A DNA stretch of 64,000 nucleotides from Eledone cirrhosa (GCA_964016885.1 OZ024748.1:17360001-17424000); one strand, 5' to 3'; positions 1 to 15,849 are shown, counted from the first letter of the stretch. Notes: generated from the letters alone by a model not told the origin. Program-made: numbers and translations.

Positions 1-339
1 ATATATATATATATATCATATGATATATATATATCATATGATATATATATATATATATATATATATATCATATGATATATATATATCATATATATATATA
101 TATATCATATATATATATATATATCATATATATATATATATATCGCATATATATATATATATCATATGATATATATATATCATATATATATATATATATC
201 ATATATATATATATCATATGATATATATATATCATATAGCTCAAGGAGAGAACGAACAGAGGCACAATATATATGTTTGTGTATGTATGTGTGAATGTGT
301 ATGTATGTACATATATGTATGATATATATTCACACATTA

Positions 340-372
<33 letters not shown>
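1..372. repeat. (TA)n / TCATATGA-interrupted microsatellite
   Basis: Direct reading of the dinucleotide tract. Confidence 0.95.
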
Positions 373-376
<4 letters not shown>

Positions 377-455
377 ATGATAATAATAATAAATGTGAAG
401 ACTAAAAACCGAAGTGGGCTCGATAACGATAATATATATATATATATAAATATAT

Positions 456-542
456 AAAACCGTAGAGCAAATATTTATTAAAATAACAGATTAATGTTTA
501 AGCAAATAATCGCTGCTTTCACCCTTAACGGGATCTCCTGAA
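456..542 (-). mobile_element. Short (TA)n-flanked PLE terminal fragment
   Basis: 471-506 matches 49802-49837 (35/36 nt), the segment abutting the PLE coding remnant; flanked by TA tracts. Confidence 0.55.
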
Positions 543-839
543 TATATATATACATACATGCATGTATGTGTATGAAAAAAAATATATATATACTATGAAC
601 ATGATTTAAGAATCATTGGAAACATTTAAAATTTGAAATATAGTCTTTCCACTTCTTTCTATCTATAGGTGTATTTTACCCAATTTTCTTTACCCCTATT
701 TATAGTGACCAATTATTGTTAAAATCATTTACTTTGGGCTGAGTGTATTTCTAATTTTATATCTATAAAGATAGAAAAGGCTGAAGAAACTATGACAAAA
801 CTTGAACATATGTACTCGAGATCTAGCCCTTTGCTTATC

Positions 840-1250
840 TAGCCAATCATCGGGCCATCTGGCTCCTCCAGCCACTATATTCTTCCATGTTTCACTGTCT
901 CTGGTAAAGGTTGGTACATATAAACTAGTTTGTACCACACCTGTGCAGGTCATCTTTTAGAGTTGATCTCTAGGTCTTTCAACAACACTTTGGTCTTTTC
1001 CCACCAACTGGCAACCATGACTTGCAGTTCTTGCTTGCTGGTATATTGTCCCCCATTCATATGACATACCCTGCCAGCTGCATTCTTCTGTTCTTAATAA
1101 CAAGACTCAGGCATGTGGTGTTGGCTCTTCGAAGCACGAAATACTTCTTTGTTTGTGATCTTTTCTTGCCATCTCATGCCATCTCAGGCAGTCAGGGCTG
1201 CCAATTGAGTGCTGACTTGGTCTCTGATGACACAGCCAACCCTTGCTAGC
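840..1250 (-). pseudogene. Highly decayed RTE-clade LINE C-terminal fragment
   Basis: Minus-strand pieces resembling the RTE post-RT region (AGYVI*MG, GGKRPK, LKDDL, RDSETWKNIV) with stops and frameshifts. Confidence 0.4.
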
Positions 1251-1509
1251 TGGGAAAAGGGACTCGAAATAGGAATGATGATGGTGATAATAAAATGATA
1301 ACATGCAAAATGTTTTCTTGATGGGATTTTAACACAGATCTCAAAGAAATGTGGAACAAATTCTGTAAGGCAATTGTTGCTTCCGATACTTAAACATCTC
1401 TGCTGATTCATTGCCTTGTTCTGATATTCTTTTATTATCAACTCTAACTGGTTATATAATAATTTTGAATCCCATGTTAACAATTGGATTTGCTTTGTTT
1501 GCATTTTAG

Positions 1510-1806
1510 CTGTTGTTATTGTTGTTGTTGTTAATGATGGTAATAATTTTGAAATTGTTGTTGTTGGTAATGTGGTTGTTGTTTTTAGTGTTGTTTCTGT
1601 TGTTATTGGTTATGTTGTTGTTGTTGCTAATGTGGTTGTGTTTTTATCATTGTTGTTGTTGTTATTGGTTATGTGGTTGTTGTTGTTGTTGTTGGTAATG
1701 TGGTCGTGTTTTTATTGTTGTTGCTGTTGTTATTGGTTATGTTGTTGTTGTTGGTAATAATTTTGAAATTGTTGTAATCATTGTAGAAGTTGTTGTAGTT
1801 GTTATT
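1510..1806. repeat. (GTT)n-rich low-complexity tract
   Basis: Direct reading. Confidence 0.9.
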
Positions 1807-1924
1807 GTACTGCTTTGTTCTAGCATGAATTATCCGTTAACAGATAAAATAATTGAACTGTGTAATAGGGATTTATTATTGATTTTCTATGAATTTTTGT
1901 TCGAAAAAAGGAACATACAAAGTA

Positions 1925-2361
1925 CACACACACAGACACACACACAGATTAACACATCTACACACACACTAACACACAGACTGACAAACACACTTACACA
2001 CACACGCACACAGACTGACAGATACAGACAGACTGACACACACACGCATACACACACACAAACTGACAGAGACAGAACGACTGACACACACACTTACACA
2101 CACACGCACACAGACTGACAGATACAGACAGACTGACACACACACGCATAAACACACACAGACTGACAGAGACAGAACGACTGACACACACACTTACACA
2201 CACACACACAGACTGACAGACAGACATACAGACACACACACACACACATACACACACACACACACACACAAAAAAACTGACAGACTAGCACAGGCAGGCA
2301 AGCACACACAAAGAAAGACGGATACACAGAAACAGACACAAACAGCCACACACACACACAC
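1925..2361. repeat. (CA)n/(GACA)n compound repeat with higher-order units
   Basis: Direct reading. Confidence 0.9.
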
Positions 2362-2384
2362 CTGCATGTACATCAGATATGGAA

Positions 2385-2550
2385 GGGAAAATACCTTGTA
2401 TGTGGTTGAGTATTCCACAGACATGAGCACCCTTAATGTAATTCTCAGGGAAATTCAGTGTGACTCAGTATGGGTCAAGTTTGACCCCCCCCCCTACCCC
2501 CTTAAAATACATGTACAACTCATTTTGTCCCCCTAGACTTGAGCAACATG
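2385..2550. mobile_element. Dispersed repeat fragment (also ~36260-36470 and ~53480-53600)
   Basis: Shared motif acccttaatgta.ttctcagg.a.attcag.g.gac among the three loci. Confidence 0.55.
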
Positions 2551-2574
2551 GTCAAAAATATAACATGTCACCTA

Positions 2575-2771
2575 GTCTGCTGAAATGTTCATAGGCTGAC
2601 CAAGATACTCTCATGGAATGACCAAATGAGGTTCATTTTTCAACATAATCCTTGGAAAGAAACAATGCAGTTATTAATAAGAAGAGTTGAATTTAAGGCA
2701 TGCAAGATTTTACAGCTCTAGCATCACTCCTTCATAACCAGTGAATGAACTTTTTAGCCAACCCTCGTGTA
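2575..2771. mobile_element. Mariner-type MITE, truncated (same family as 22568-22760)
   Basis: Right TIR aactttttagccaaccctcgtgta; internal ctctcatggaatgaccaaa...ggaaagaaac.atgcagttatt shared with the 22.6 kb copy. Confidence 0.7.
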
Positions 2772-2773
2772 TA

Positions 2774-2876
2774 TACAGGGTGTCCCCCCCCCAAAATGTA
2801 TACACACTTCAACAGTGCTCTAATAAATATTGCTTGTACAGGTAACCAAAATGTGTGTATGTTTTAGGGGACACTA
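2774..2876. mobile_element. Tc1/mariner-type ~100 bp MITE
   Basis: TA-CAGGGTGTCCCC..AAAATGTATACAC / gtgtgtatgtttt.ggggacac inverted ends; related copy at 61457-61540. Confidence 0.6.
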
Positions 2877-3175
2877 TCATCATCATCGTTTAACGTCTAT
2901 CTTCCACAACTAGCATGGGTTAGACGGTTTTATTCCATTTGATGCAGGATTTGTCAGGAGACCATGTCTCGCTCGTGTGGAAGTGTCTCTGGCAGGTTTT
3001 CTATGGCCGGATGCCCTTCATAACACCAACTACTTTTACAGTGTGGACTGGGAGCCTTTTTACCATGTCTCCTTCATGACCGCCTTACCCGCCTTACAGT
3101 GTGAATTGTTGTGTCATCGACACAGTGGACGGAACAGGAGAGGGAGGATGGAATAGGGTGTGTGGGGTGGGGTGT
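2877..3175 (-). mobile_element. RTE-tail non-autonomous retroelement fragment
   Basis: (CAT)n-cgtttaacgtc end and ggatgcccttc.taacaccaac motif as in the RTE 3'UTR at 18893-19396. Confidence 0.75.
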
Positions 3176-3271
3176 ATATATATATATATATATTTTATAT
3201 ATATATATATTTATATATATTATATATATATTATATATATATTATATATATATATATATTATATATATATA

Positions 3272-3351
<80 letters not shown>

Positions 3352-3732
3352 GTATATATATATTATATATGTATATATATATTATATATGTATATATATA
3401 TGTATATATTATATATGTGTATATTATATATATGTATATATTATATATGTGTATATATATATTATATATGTATATATATATATGTATATATTATATATGT
3501 ATATATTATATATGTATATATTATATATATGTATATATTATATATATGTATATATTATATATGTATATATTATATATGTATATATTATATATATGTATAT
3601 ATTATATATATGTATATATTATATATATGTATATATTATATATATGTATATATTATATATATGTATATATTATATATATGTATATATTATATATGTATAT
3701 ATATATATATATATATTATATATATTATATAT
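3175..3732. repeat. (TA)n-derived microsatellite
   Basis: Direct reading. Confidence 0.95.
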
Positions 3733-4592
3733 CCCTTACACGCATGAAGCAGGGAAAAGCGGACGTAAAATGATGATGATGATGATGATTATATATATAT
3801 ATATTTGTGTATATTACCTGTTCTAGCAGGAAACCAAACTGTAGCCATTTATCCTATGAAATACTGTCATCATAGGATTAATAAGAATTAATAATGATAT
3901 AACTGTATTACCATTAATAGAGCTCACTCACCAACTTGTTGATTATTTTGCTACAGCCCACCCACCCATCCCTTACACACATGAAACTATATAACAAATA
4001 AGAAATGAGATAAAGTAAACAGCCAGACATATTAAAATTCCACTTTACAATATATATTATTAATAATTTTTTTATTTTACAACAGTTATTTATTTCTGTT
4101 TATATTTTATACTCAATTATTTATTGTTGTTTTTGTTATATTTGCATATATGTTGTAACACAGTTGTTGTATTGTTAATGTTTATATTTTTATATTTATT
4201 TCTTTAATATAACACACTTGTTTTTATATCATGATCATCATCATTATTATCATTATCATTATCAATGCTTGGTTTTTCTAAACTAATGGACATTAATTGA
4301 TGATGTTGATGATATTAAAAACAACAAAAAACAACATAATAAAATTATTTTTAAACGTATATTATAACAGCTGTGTTATAATATATATGTTAATATAGTA
4401 CCAACTAAAACTGAAGGTGTTTATAGTTTAAAAAGGTAAGCAGAAACTCACGACAGGGAGAGCAGAAAGATGTTTACCTGTTTTAACTACAAACACCAAA
4501 GAAAACAGATGTTTATAGTTAAAATATATTTAATTTAATAATTCCTTTATTACAACATTCTATGTAGAGATGCTTGAAACCTCAAGTTTTAT

Positions 4593-4656
<64 letters not shown>

Positions 4657-4660
<4 letters not shown>

Positions 4661-4962
4661 GCTTAGAGGTTAGAGCATAGGCCTTGCAATCGAAAGGTTG
4701 TGAGTTCAATTCTCAGACCGGGTGATGTGTTGTTTCCTTGAGCAAGACACTTTATTTCACATTGCTCCGGTTTACTCAGCTATAGAAATGAGATGCAAAG
4801 TGGTCGTGCAGGTGCCACGGCAAAAAAGCACTCAGCACTCACTGTAAATGAGGTTGGTGTTAGGAAGGGCATCCAGCTGTAGAAATCACGCCAGAATCAG
4901 TTCCCGTCCCACCCTTGCAAGCAGGGAAAAGTGGACGTAAAATGAAATGATGATGATGATGA
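4657..4962 (+). mobile_element. tRNA-derived CORE-like SINE with RTE-type tail
   Basis: A box tggcttagagg, B box gttcaattc, ccttgagcaagacactt core, (ATG)n tail; copies at 22785, 26576, 47672, 51285. Confidence 0.85.
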
Positions 4963-5154
4963 AAGTATCCTAATAATTATTTAAATGTACCTAGTGCTTA
5001 AATATAACGATTTTTTCAGTCTACGCTTCAACTTCATTTGCATATCCATCCTAACAATTTGAAATTTTTCTCTTTTTCTTTCACTATCCAAATGGAACCT
5101 GAATCGATAAGGTCTGGTTTATCGGGTATATTACTATTTATAAAATAAATTTTG

Positions 5155-5219
5155 TATTTTATCTGATGAGAGCGTACCAAAGTTATTTTTGGTACACTTG
5201 AAATACATATAATAAAATA
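5155..5219 (+). ncRNA. Type I hammerhead ribozyme (family shared with 27049 and 63128)
   Basis: tattttat-CTGATGA-gagcgtaccaaa..tttggtacactt-GAAA-tacatat-A-ataaaata; 8-bp stem I. Confidence 0.8.
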
Positions 5220-5280
5220 AATATGGTTTTATAAATATAGTTTCCATTTATTAATATCATTTATATATATATATATATAT

Positions 5281-5879
5281 ATCATCATCATCATCATCAT
5301 CGTTTAACGTCCATGTTCCACGCTTGCATGGGTTTGGACGGGAGTTTTCCCACTTGAGGCAAGAGTGGTTGTCTTGCTCGCGTAGGACTGTCTGGCGGGT
5401 TTTCTACAGTTAGATGCCCTTCCTAACACCAACCACATTTACAGTGTGGGGCTGGGAGGTTTTTACCGTGTTGCCTACACGGCCACATTACAGCGTGGAC
5501 TGTCTGGCAGGTTTTCTACAGCTGGATGCCCTTCCTAACACCAACCACATTTACAGTGTGGGGCTGGGAGGTTTTTACCGTGTTGCCTACACGGCCACAT
5601 TACAGCGTGGACTGTCTGGCAGGTTTTCTACAGCTGGATGCCCTTCCTAACACCAACCACATTTACAGTGTGGGACTGGGAGGTTTTTACCGTGTTGCCT
5701 ACACGGTCACATTACAGCGTGGACTGTGTGTTTTTATGTCGTGACACCTACACAATCTCATTTGTTTCGGCCTGGATTTTGTGGCACCAACATAACTTTA
5801 CATTGAAAGGGGCGGTGTGAATGGGGTGGGGGTGGTGTATTTTGTTAGAGATGCCTACTGACTGTAGTAGGTTTTACTT

Positions 5880-5883
<4 letters not shown>
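5281..5883 (-). mobile_element. RTE LINE 3'UTR copy with an internal ~112-bp tandem unit
   Basis: Near-identical to 18893-19396, which follows an RTE ORF end; (GAT)n tail. Confidence 0.85.
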
Positions 5884-5929
<46 letters not shown>

Positions 5930-5971
5930 AAGTAAAACCTACTACAGTCAGTAGTATATATATATATATAT

Positions 5972-6166
5972 ATAATTACAACAGTGACATAGACAGGTAC
6001 TCAAGTGGGTTCTGGGCCCTAATTTCTTCAGCCTGTCAATTGGGGCCCAGAACCCAACGAAACTTAAGTACTTATCTATGTCACTGTTGTTATTATTTAT
6101 ACCAAACTCGTCCTATGCACTGAGTGCTCTTACTCTAGAATATTTCCACTTAACTTTTACTTCAGT
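5972..6166. mobile_element. (TA)n-flanked fold-back HHR element
   Basis: The two inverted arms together reconstruct gacagg-CTGAAGA-..ttggg..cccaac-GAAAC-ttaa-GTA-cctgtc; relative at 23516-23625. Confidence 0.7.
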
Positions 6167-6412
6167 ATATATATATATATATAGGAAGGATAAAAGGACG
6201 ATTTATTATTCCTTCATTGCATTTATTGATAGGTGACGCGCGTTTTGCCACTGATCAGCTCAAGGTTCGATCTATATCGATCCTATCCGACTCGACGGAC
6301 CTTCCCAAAATGCTATTAGAAAATGTATAGCTCTATACATCATCACAGAAGTGAACCTAAACATCGAGTGCTCACCCGGGTGAACCTGCAGTAACTCCTA
6401 GTTACACCCCCT

Positions 6413-6445
<33 letters not shown>

Positions 6446-6455
6446 TAGATATATG

Positions 6456-6673
6456 AAGGCGTGTGGCTAAGTGGTTAGAGAACTGGATTCGCAATCGTGA
6501 GGTTGTGAGTTCGATTCCTGGACTGGGCAATGCGTTATGTCCTTGAGCAAGACACTTTATTTCACGTTGCTCCTTCTACCTGGAGTTGCGACCGATAGAT
6601 AGTATTAGCAATACGAAAGACCAATGGAATCATTGTTTCCTCGGTCCGATTTGACGAAAGTCGATCGACTAAA

Positions 6674-6682
<9 letters not shown>
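6456..6682 (+). mobile_element. tRNA-derived CORE-like SINE, family 2
   Basis: A box tggctaagtgg, B box gttcgattcc, gtccttgagcaagacactt; copies at 21860, 26143, 27256, 32810. Confidence 0.85.
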
Positions 6683-6704
<22 letters not shown>

Positions 6705-6946
6705 TGTTTGTGTGTGCGCATTAGTTAGGGGTGTAATAATAGTTACAGGCGGCACCACATTTGAAGCACTCAATGCTGTTATTAGGACCGTTTCGTTTGG
6801 TTGTCTTCCAGAGTTACAGCTGTAGTGTGCAGAGAGTAAATAGATTTAAAAGAATCAAAGTTCAGAGTTACAGCATATGTACAAAATTTATTTGCATATT
6901 ACAATTGTATTGATATTTGATCAGCTCAGGGTCCAATCAAGGTGGC

Positions 6947-6977
6947 GGGGCCCGACTCAGTTTCAACCACTCATCAG
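6947..6977 (-). ncRNA. Minimal hammerhead core, 5' stem I lost to (TA)n
   Basis: Reverse complement CTGATGA-gtggtt-GAAAC-tga-GTC. Confidence 0.6.
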
Positions 6978-6987
6978 TATATATATA

Positions 6988-7191
6988 CATCCAGAGTTGA
7001 CATTGCACTCAGTGCTCCTTTGGGAGCCGCTACATGGACACACTAGAAGGGGAAGACCAAGGTTAACGTATGTTGATGCCCTAAGGACAGACACTGGTCT
7101 GTTGGAGACGCAGGACATGGCAGCGATAATGAGGGACAGAGACCGCTGGAGAGAACTCGTCCATGGATCTCGGGAATTTTACCCGCCTTAG
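6988..7191 (+). pseudogene. RTE/RTEX-like LINE ORF C-terminal fragment
   Basis: LLWEPLHG..RRGRPRLTYVDAL..DTGL...M.DRDRWR, a typical RTE-group C-terminus. Confidence 0.75.
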
Positions 7192-7207
7192 ATATATATA
7201 TATATAT

Positions 7208-7465
7208 ATCATCATCATCATCATCATCGTTTAACGTGCATCTTCCATGCTAGCATGGGTTAAACAGTTTTGTTCCATATGATGCAGGATTGGTCGGGAG
7301 ACTGTGTCTCGCTCATACGGAAGTGTCACTGGCAGGTTCTTTTTACAGCTGGTTGCCCTTCCTAACACCAACCACTTTTACAGTGTGGACTGGGACCCTT
7401 TTTACCATGTCTCCTACACGACTCACTCTACAGTGTGGACTAGGTGCTTTTTGACGTGTTGCCTA
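7208..7465 (-). mobile_element. RTE-tail retroelement fragment
   Basis: Similar to 2877-3175. Confidence 0.75.
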
Positions 7466-8047
7466 TATATATATATAGCTCAAAGTAGTCACAAAACAGT
7501 GGTACAACATGTCATATTAGTTTCACGTTTTAAATGGAAAAGGAGAAAGTTCAACGTATCCAGCCCCTCTTCAGGAGTACAAAAATAGGGACAGGATCAC
7601 AAAGGATGGAAACAGAAAATAAAAGGTAGTCCATATATAGATATATATTTGTGAGAAACATTAGAACATCAAACAAAATATTTTGCTGATTTCAAATCCT
7701 ACCATTTTCAACTTGGTCATTCCTCTTTCCAAGGTCATTAATATAAAAATCAACACCTTCCTACATGGTCTCTAATTGTTGCTGCAATATTTTCTTTGAA
7801 ATTGTTACTTGGTTGTGATTGTTGTTGTGATTGTTATTGTTGTTGTGATTGTTATTGTTGTTATCTCTTCAAAGAAATTAGATCGATAAAATTAATTATT
7901 GCCTATCTATTTATGCAATAAAGTGATCCTGTTCCCAGAATGCTTCACTGTAATCGCATTGTTATAGTGGAAAAGAGATTTATTGAAAACAGGGATGGTA
8001 TGGTGAAAAAATAGAATAATATTGCCCAAGAGCAACTAAAATTCATA

Positions 8048-8337
8048 CATATATATATAACAAAATACACATATGTATATATATTTATATATATATATAT
8101 ATAACAAGATACACATATGTATATATATTTATATATATATTTATATATATATATAACAAAATACACACATGTATATATATTTATATATATATATATATAT
8201 AAAAATACACATAAGTATGTATATTTATATATATATTTATATATATACATATATATATTTATATATATTTACATATATATATATATTTATATATATACAT
8301 ATATATATTTATATATATTTACATATATATATATATT

Positions 8338-8394
<57 letters not shown>

Positions 8395-8559
8395 CATAGA
8401 AATCCAAACAATTAGAGCAACAGTATTAATGATAAAGTTATTAATGATAATAATCTTACATATTTAAACCACCAAATCACTTCCCCTATCTCACTCAAGC
8501 TCACCCCAATCCTATCTATCTATTTATCTCTCCCTCTATTATCTCAATCCCCCTCTCTC

Positions 8560-8600
<41 letters not shown>

Positions 8601-8712
8601 AGAGAGGGAGAGAGATGTCAACAAAGATGTCATTGTCATCATGTCATTGTTTCAGTCAGTTCTATAGATGCTTACAATTGAGATCCTGCAATCTACTTCA
8701 ACTAATTGAAGA

Positions 8713-8800
<88 letters not shown>

Positions 8801-9130
8801 AATATATATATATAAATGTAAATATATATATATATATAAATATATATATATATATGTAAATATATATATATTTACACATATATATGTGTAAATATATATA
8901 TATATATATAAATATATATATATATAAATATATATATATATGTGTAAATATATATATATATATATGTGTAAATATATATATATATGTATATATATATATG
9001 TAAATATATATATATATATGTGTAAATATATATATATATGTATATATATATATGTAAATATATATATATATATGTGTAAATATGTATATATATATATATG
9101 TAAATATATATATGTAAATATATATGCATG
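8048..9130. repeat. (TA)n-derived microsatellite blocks
   Basis: Direct reading; short unique spacer at ~8395-8715. Confidence 0.9.
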
Positions 9131-9251
9131 TATGTATAATTGCTGCAAATATCTAATCGATTAGACATTTGATTTCATGCTTATGAAAGTGTGTGTAATG
9201 ACCGTGAGCCTTATTCAGTGTCAATCAATCAAAATCAATATATATATATCC

Positions 9252-9295
<44 letters not shown>

Positions 9296-9301
9296 ATATA
9301 A

Positions 9302-9334
<33 letters not shown>

Positions 9335-9364
9335 TATATATATATATATATATACATTATATAT

Positions 9365-9595
9365 TTTCGGCTTGTATTGGCTGATAGTGCTTCTTATAGA
9401 TTTAATTGCGCTGATGAGTCCTTAATAGGACGAAACATTGTTGGCTAATAAAGACTTTTGATGTATTGAAGGCTTCTTTGGTTTATTTTCATAATTCTTC
9501 GGCTCTGTTTAATTACATTGAGCTATACCTTTACTGTCATTTCTATAATACGAAGAGGGTGTTTAACTCCAACACACTCTAGTATTTCAATTCTT

Positions 9596-9596
<1 letters not shown>
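9365..9596 (+). mobile_element. ~230-bp HHR-bearing non-autonomous element, copy 1
   Basis: CTGATGA(9411)-gtcct taat aggac-GAAAC-att-GTT; second copy inverted at 42124-42356; both between TA tracts. Confidence 0.85.
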
Positions 9597-10206
<610 letters not shown>

Positions 10207-10409
10207 AGCAGGGAATGGGTGCAACATGTAAATGTAAGTTTCTTTAAATCTAATTTGCATTTCAGATGTGACATGATATTTCATTAACATATCAACTGCT
10301 TCATATGATATTGATGTCTTGCATATGCACACGTATTTCTTCATATGATATTGATGTCTTGCATATGCACACGTATTTCTACATCTGCATATTTATATAC
10401 AAGCACAAA

Positions 10410-11760
<1,351 letters not shown>

Positions 11761-12117
11761 TTCATAGGTACCTATCTGTATGTTTGATATCTGAACAGGA
11801 AAGCATGTAGGTGTAGTGTAGGTGGGGTTTAGAATAATATGTAGTAAATCTTATATCAATAAATGATATGTAGATGCAGGCATATGTTCAAGTTCACGCA
11901 TCAATACCCATGTTTACATGGTGTATAATTCGATATATACATGCATGTGATACTCAGCCATGCATGCATAGCATCTCAGTTTTGTAAAATAAAAACTCTT
12001 AGTGTGTTTATCTGTAAATTCGCCATATATACGTGTGTGTGTGTGTCTTAAATATATTTGTGTATATATCTGATATATGTGTGAATGTGGTATATGTATT
12101 TATATGCATGTTTGCAC

Positions 12118-12208
<91 letters not shown>

Positions 12209-13009
12209 CAAACGTGGGTGTGTATGTATATATTTATATATATGCATACCCATGATTGAATGGAAAAATGGATGTTAAATGGTGATGACAATGATATGAA
12301 GGTGCTGCATATATTTACATACATGATTGTTATATATATATATGATGCATGTCTTTATGAACATGCTTGCTGTATATGTGAATGGTGAATGTTTTTATAT
12401 ACAAGTTTGTTAAGCATGTAAATGTGTTACCTAATAAATTAAGCATTAACACATTTTTATCAACTTATTGCTCAATGTGGGGATTCTGTGTTTGCTGTGA
12501 AAGTATTGCTTTTGAGTATTGTATCATTCCACATTAAATTGATTATATCTAAACATGACAGGGACATCGACATTTCATATGTGACCAGCTGATCTTCACA
12601 GATTTAACCAATTTGGCCCCAATTGCCACCAGATTTATATATGGGGTAAGTAGGCTGCTACCACAGGTCTCATAGTTCAGGGCTCTTCACTACATTTTCA
12701 ATAAATGTACATTGAAATGTTCCTAGATAGTTGCATAACATCCATGAACTCAGCTGGTCTTGCCTGGGTGTCCAGCTCGATCAATTGGAGACAGTTGCTT
12801 TTGATCCACTGGAAGGTCTGCTTGATGACTCAGCTCCCCATGACCCTCCCAGGAATAAATGGGCAAAGAAAAAGGAGAAGAAATTTATTTTGAATAAAAT
12901 GCTGCTTGTCTTTCTTTGGTGCCATTGGCCTGTCTGTGATCTTCTTATTCTTGTTATCGAGCCATCTTGCTCAAGGTCTGTGGTTACATAATACATGTAT
13001 AGCATCATT

Positions 13010-13486
13010 CAGTTAATGTAATATGTATAGCAACATGTAGTTAATGTAACACATGTATAGCAACATGTAGTTATTTTAATATAGGTATAGTAACATGTAG
13101 TTAAGGTAATACAGGTATAGCAACATGTAGTTAATGTAATACAAGTATAGGAACATGTAGTTAATGTAATACTGATATAGTAACATGTAGTTAAGATAAT
13201 ACATGTATAACAACATGTCGCCAATGTAGTACATGTATAGCTAATGTAGTTAATGCAATACAAGTGTAGCTCATGTAGTTAATTTAATACATGTATAGGA
13301 ACATGTAACTAATGTAATTTAATGCATGTATAGGAACATGTATTACATTAACTACAAAGTGTAGTTAATGTAATACATGTATATCATGTAGTTAATGTAA
13401 TACATGTTTAGCCACATGTAGGTAATGCAATACATGTACAACATGTAGTTAATGCAATACATGTGCAACAACATGTTGTTAATGTA
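13010..13486. repeat. Degenerate ~30-bp minisatellite
   Basis: Unit like acatgtagttaatgtaatacatgtatagca, repeated roughly 15 times. Confidence 0.85.
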
Positions 13487-14019
13487 AAAATGAAACAATA
13501 TAAAAGATACTAGAAATAAACATTAAATTATGGTAGAAACATATAATATTCACTGATTAATTTAGCATTAACATATTTAATCTAACAGACACTAAAAAAA
13601 CTATGAGGAATTTTGTGGTAAAGAAAAGAAAAGAAACAAACAAACAATATTTGCCGTTCATTCATATTTTATTATTTTGGTTTTCATCTTCATTATTTTT
13701 TTGGCAAGTACGTGAGATGACTCCTGACATGTTTTCATCTTACTTTACCTCCTCAGTGAAGCAAAAACATTACCATACTTGTTAAAATAGTCATGAGAGA
13801 GAGATTCACTAAGTAGATTTATGATATTTTAGCGTTGTTGAAATTTTTCAGCTAATGAATTAGTATGATATTAGACACCATCAACATAAAAAACTAGTAG
13901 TAAGAGATGCCCTTATTTTGAAGAGGAATTTTATTTTATGTTGTGTGATGAAATCTTGCCAAGATCAACTTTGCTTTTCATCTATATGCAGAGTGAGGAT
14001 GGCTCTATATAATTGTTTG

Positions 14020-15580
14020 TACTTTAGGCACAAGGCCAGCAATTACCCAAGTGCATTACTGGGGCTTTATTTTATTGACCTCTGACATTCTAACAACTCT
14101 GCTAGTCCATCCCAATAATAATAATAATTGTTTCTACTTTTGGCACAAGGCCAGCAATTAACCCAGTGTATTACTGGTACCTTATTTTATCGACCCCGGA
14201 AGGATGAAAGACAAAGTTAACCTCGGCGGGGTTTGAACTCAAACTATAAAGGGCCGTAACTCTTTGCTGCAAAGCATGGCGTCAGACCCTCTACCGATAC
14301 TGCCAATCCATATCGTTTATAATTTAGTCACAAGGCCAACAATTTGATGGGGAGGGGAAAGTCGATTAAATCGACCCCAGTGCATTACTGGTGCTTTATT
14401 TTATTGACCCCGTAAGGATGACTCTATGCTGCAAAGTAAGGTGTCTGACACTCTACCGATACTGCCTATCCACCGCCATATAATAAAGCACCAAGCAAGT
14501 ACCGAAGTTTATGTAATCCAATTTTAACTCCTCTTGAAACTGTTGGCCTTGAGTCTAAATTAAAACCCCTTTATTTGGATAAAATTCTCTGCAGTTGTTA
14601 CTTATAGTTCTTTACTTATCCTGGTTTCAAATCTCACTGATGTCAACTTTGCCTTTCAGAGATTGATAAAATAAAGTACCAGTCATATACTGGGGATTGA
14701 TTTTTATTGACTTTGCCCTCTCCCAAATTACTGGCATTGTGCCTAAATTATTATTATTATGTGGATTGGCAGTATCGGTAGAGGGTCAGACGCCATGCTT
14801 TCCAGCATAGTTACGTCCCTTTACAATCTGAGTTCAAATCCCGCCGAGGTTAACTTTGCCTTTCATCCTTACGGGGTCGATGAAATAAAGTACCAGTAAC
14901 GCACTGGGTAATTGCTGGCCGTGTGCCTAAAGTAGAAACAATTATTACTATTATCATTATTATAAGGCGGTAGATTGGCATTATCGGTAGAACTTTGGAC
15001 AACATACTTTGCAGGATATAGTTATGGCCCTTTATGTTCTGAGTTCAAATCCCACCGAGGTTAACTTTGCCTTTCATTCTTACAGGGTCTATAAAATAAA
15101 GTACCAGTCACATACTGGGTCGATTTAATTGACTTTCCCCCTCTCCTTCAAATTGCTGGCCTTGTGCCTAAATCAGAAACTATTATTATTATTATTATTA
15201 TTAGGGCAGTAGATTGGCAGTATTGATAGAATGTCAGACACTATGCTTTGTGGTATATAATTACGGCTCTTTATGATCTGAGTTCAAATCCTGCCAAGGT
15301 CAGCTTTGCCTGTCATCCTTATGGAGTCGATAAAATAAAGTACCAGTAATGCGCTGAGATTGATTTAATCTACTTTCTCCTCCCACAAATGTGTTGGCCT
15401 TGTGTCTAAATCAGAAACCATTATTATTATGATTAGCATAGTTACGTCCCTTTACAGTCTGAGTTCAAATCTCGCCGAGGTTAACTTTGTCTTTCATCCT
15501 TACGGGGTCGATAAAATAAAGTACCAGTAATGTACTGGGTATTTGCTGGCCTTGTGCCTAAAGTAGAAACAATTATTATT
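14020..15580. mobile_element. Cluster of Meta-domain-like SINE copies in both orientations
   Basis: Repeated gagttcaaatcc.gccgaggttaactttgcctttcatcctt.cggggtcgataaaataaagtaccag, ending gtgcctaaa..agaaac(att)n. Confidence 0.8.
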
Positions 15581-15849
15581 ATGATTATTATTAGTTGTAG
15601 GGGCAGTAGTTGTAATGGTAGTATTGTCATATACATACAGTTGGTGCATCAGATACAGGCAGAATTTGACACAAAATATTTGGGTAAAATATGTATCTTA
15701 TAATAACTTTGATAGGTTTCGGCCAGTATTGGCCCAGGCCATGTCTAACTTAATAGCACCACAAAGTTAATATATCTAATGTTTCCTTCTGATTTCTGTT
15801 TTTAAAATGTTGACACCAACCTTACTCTGTAAAGTTATGTTGGTATCTC

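Noticed and set aside
508-542. Minus-strand caggaga-tcccgttaagggt-gaaagc, as a possible hammerhead
   Set aside because: Core and cleavage triplet are non-canonical; at best a decayed remnant
6456-6530. tRNA gene
   Set aside because: The A/B boxes belong to multi-copy SINE heads; no complete cloverleaf
12490-12990. Possible host exon or old LINE fragment
   Set aside because: No recognisable motif or supportable splice structure
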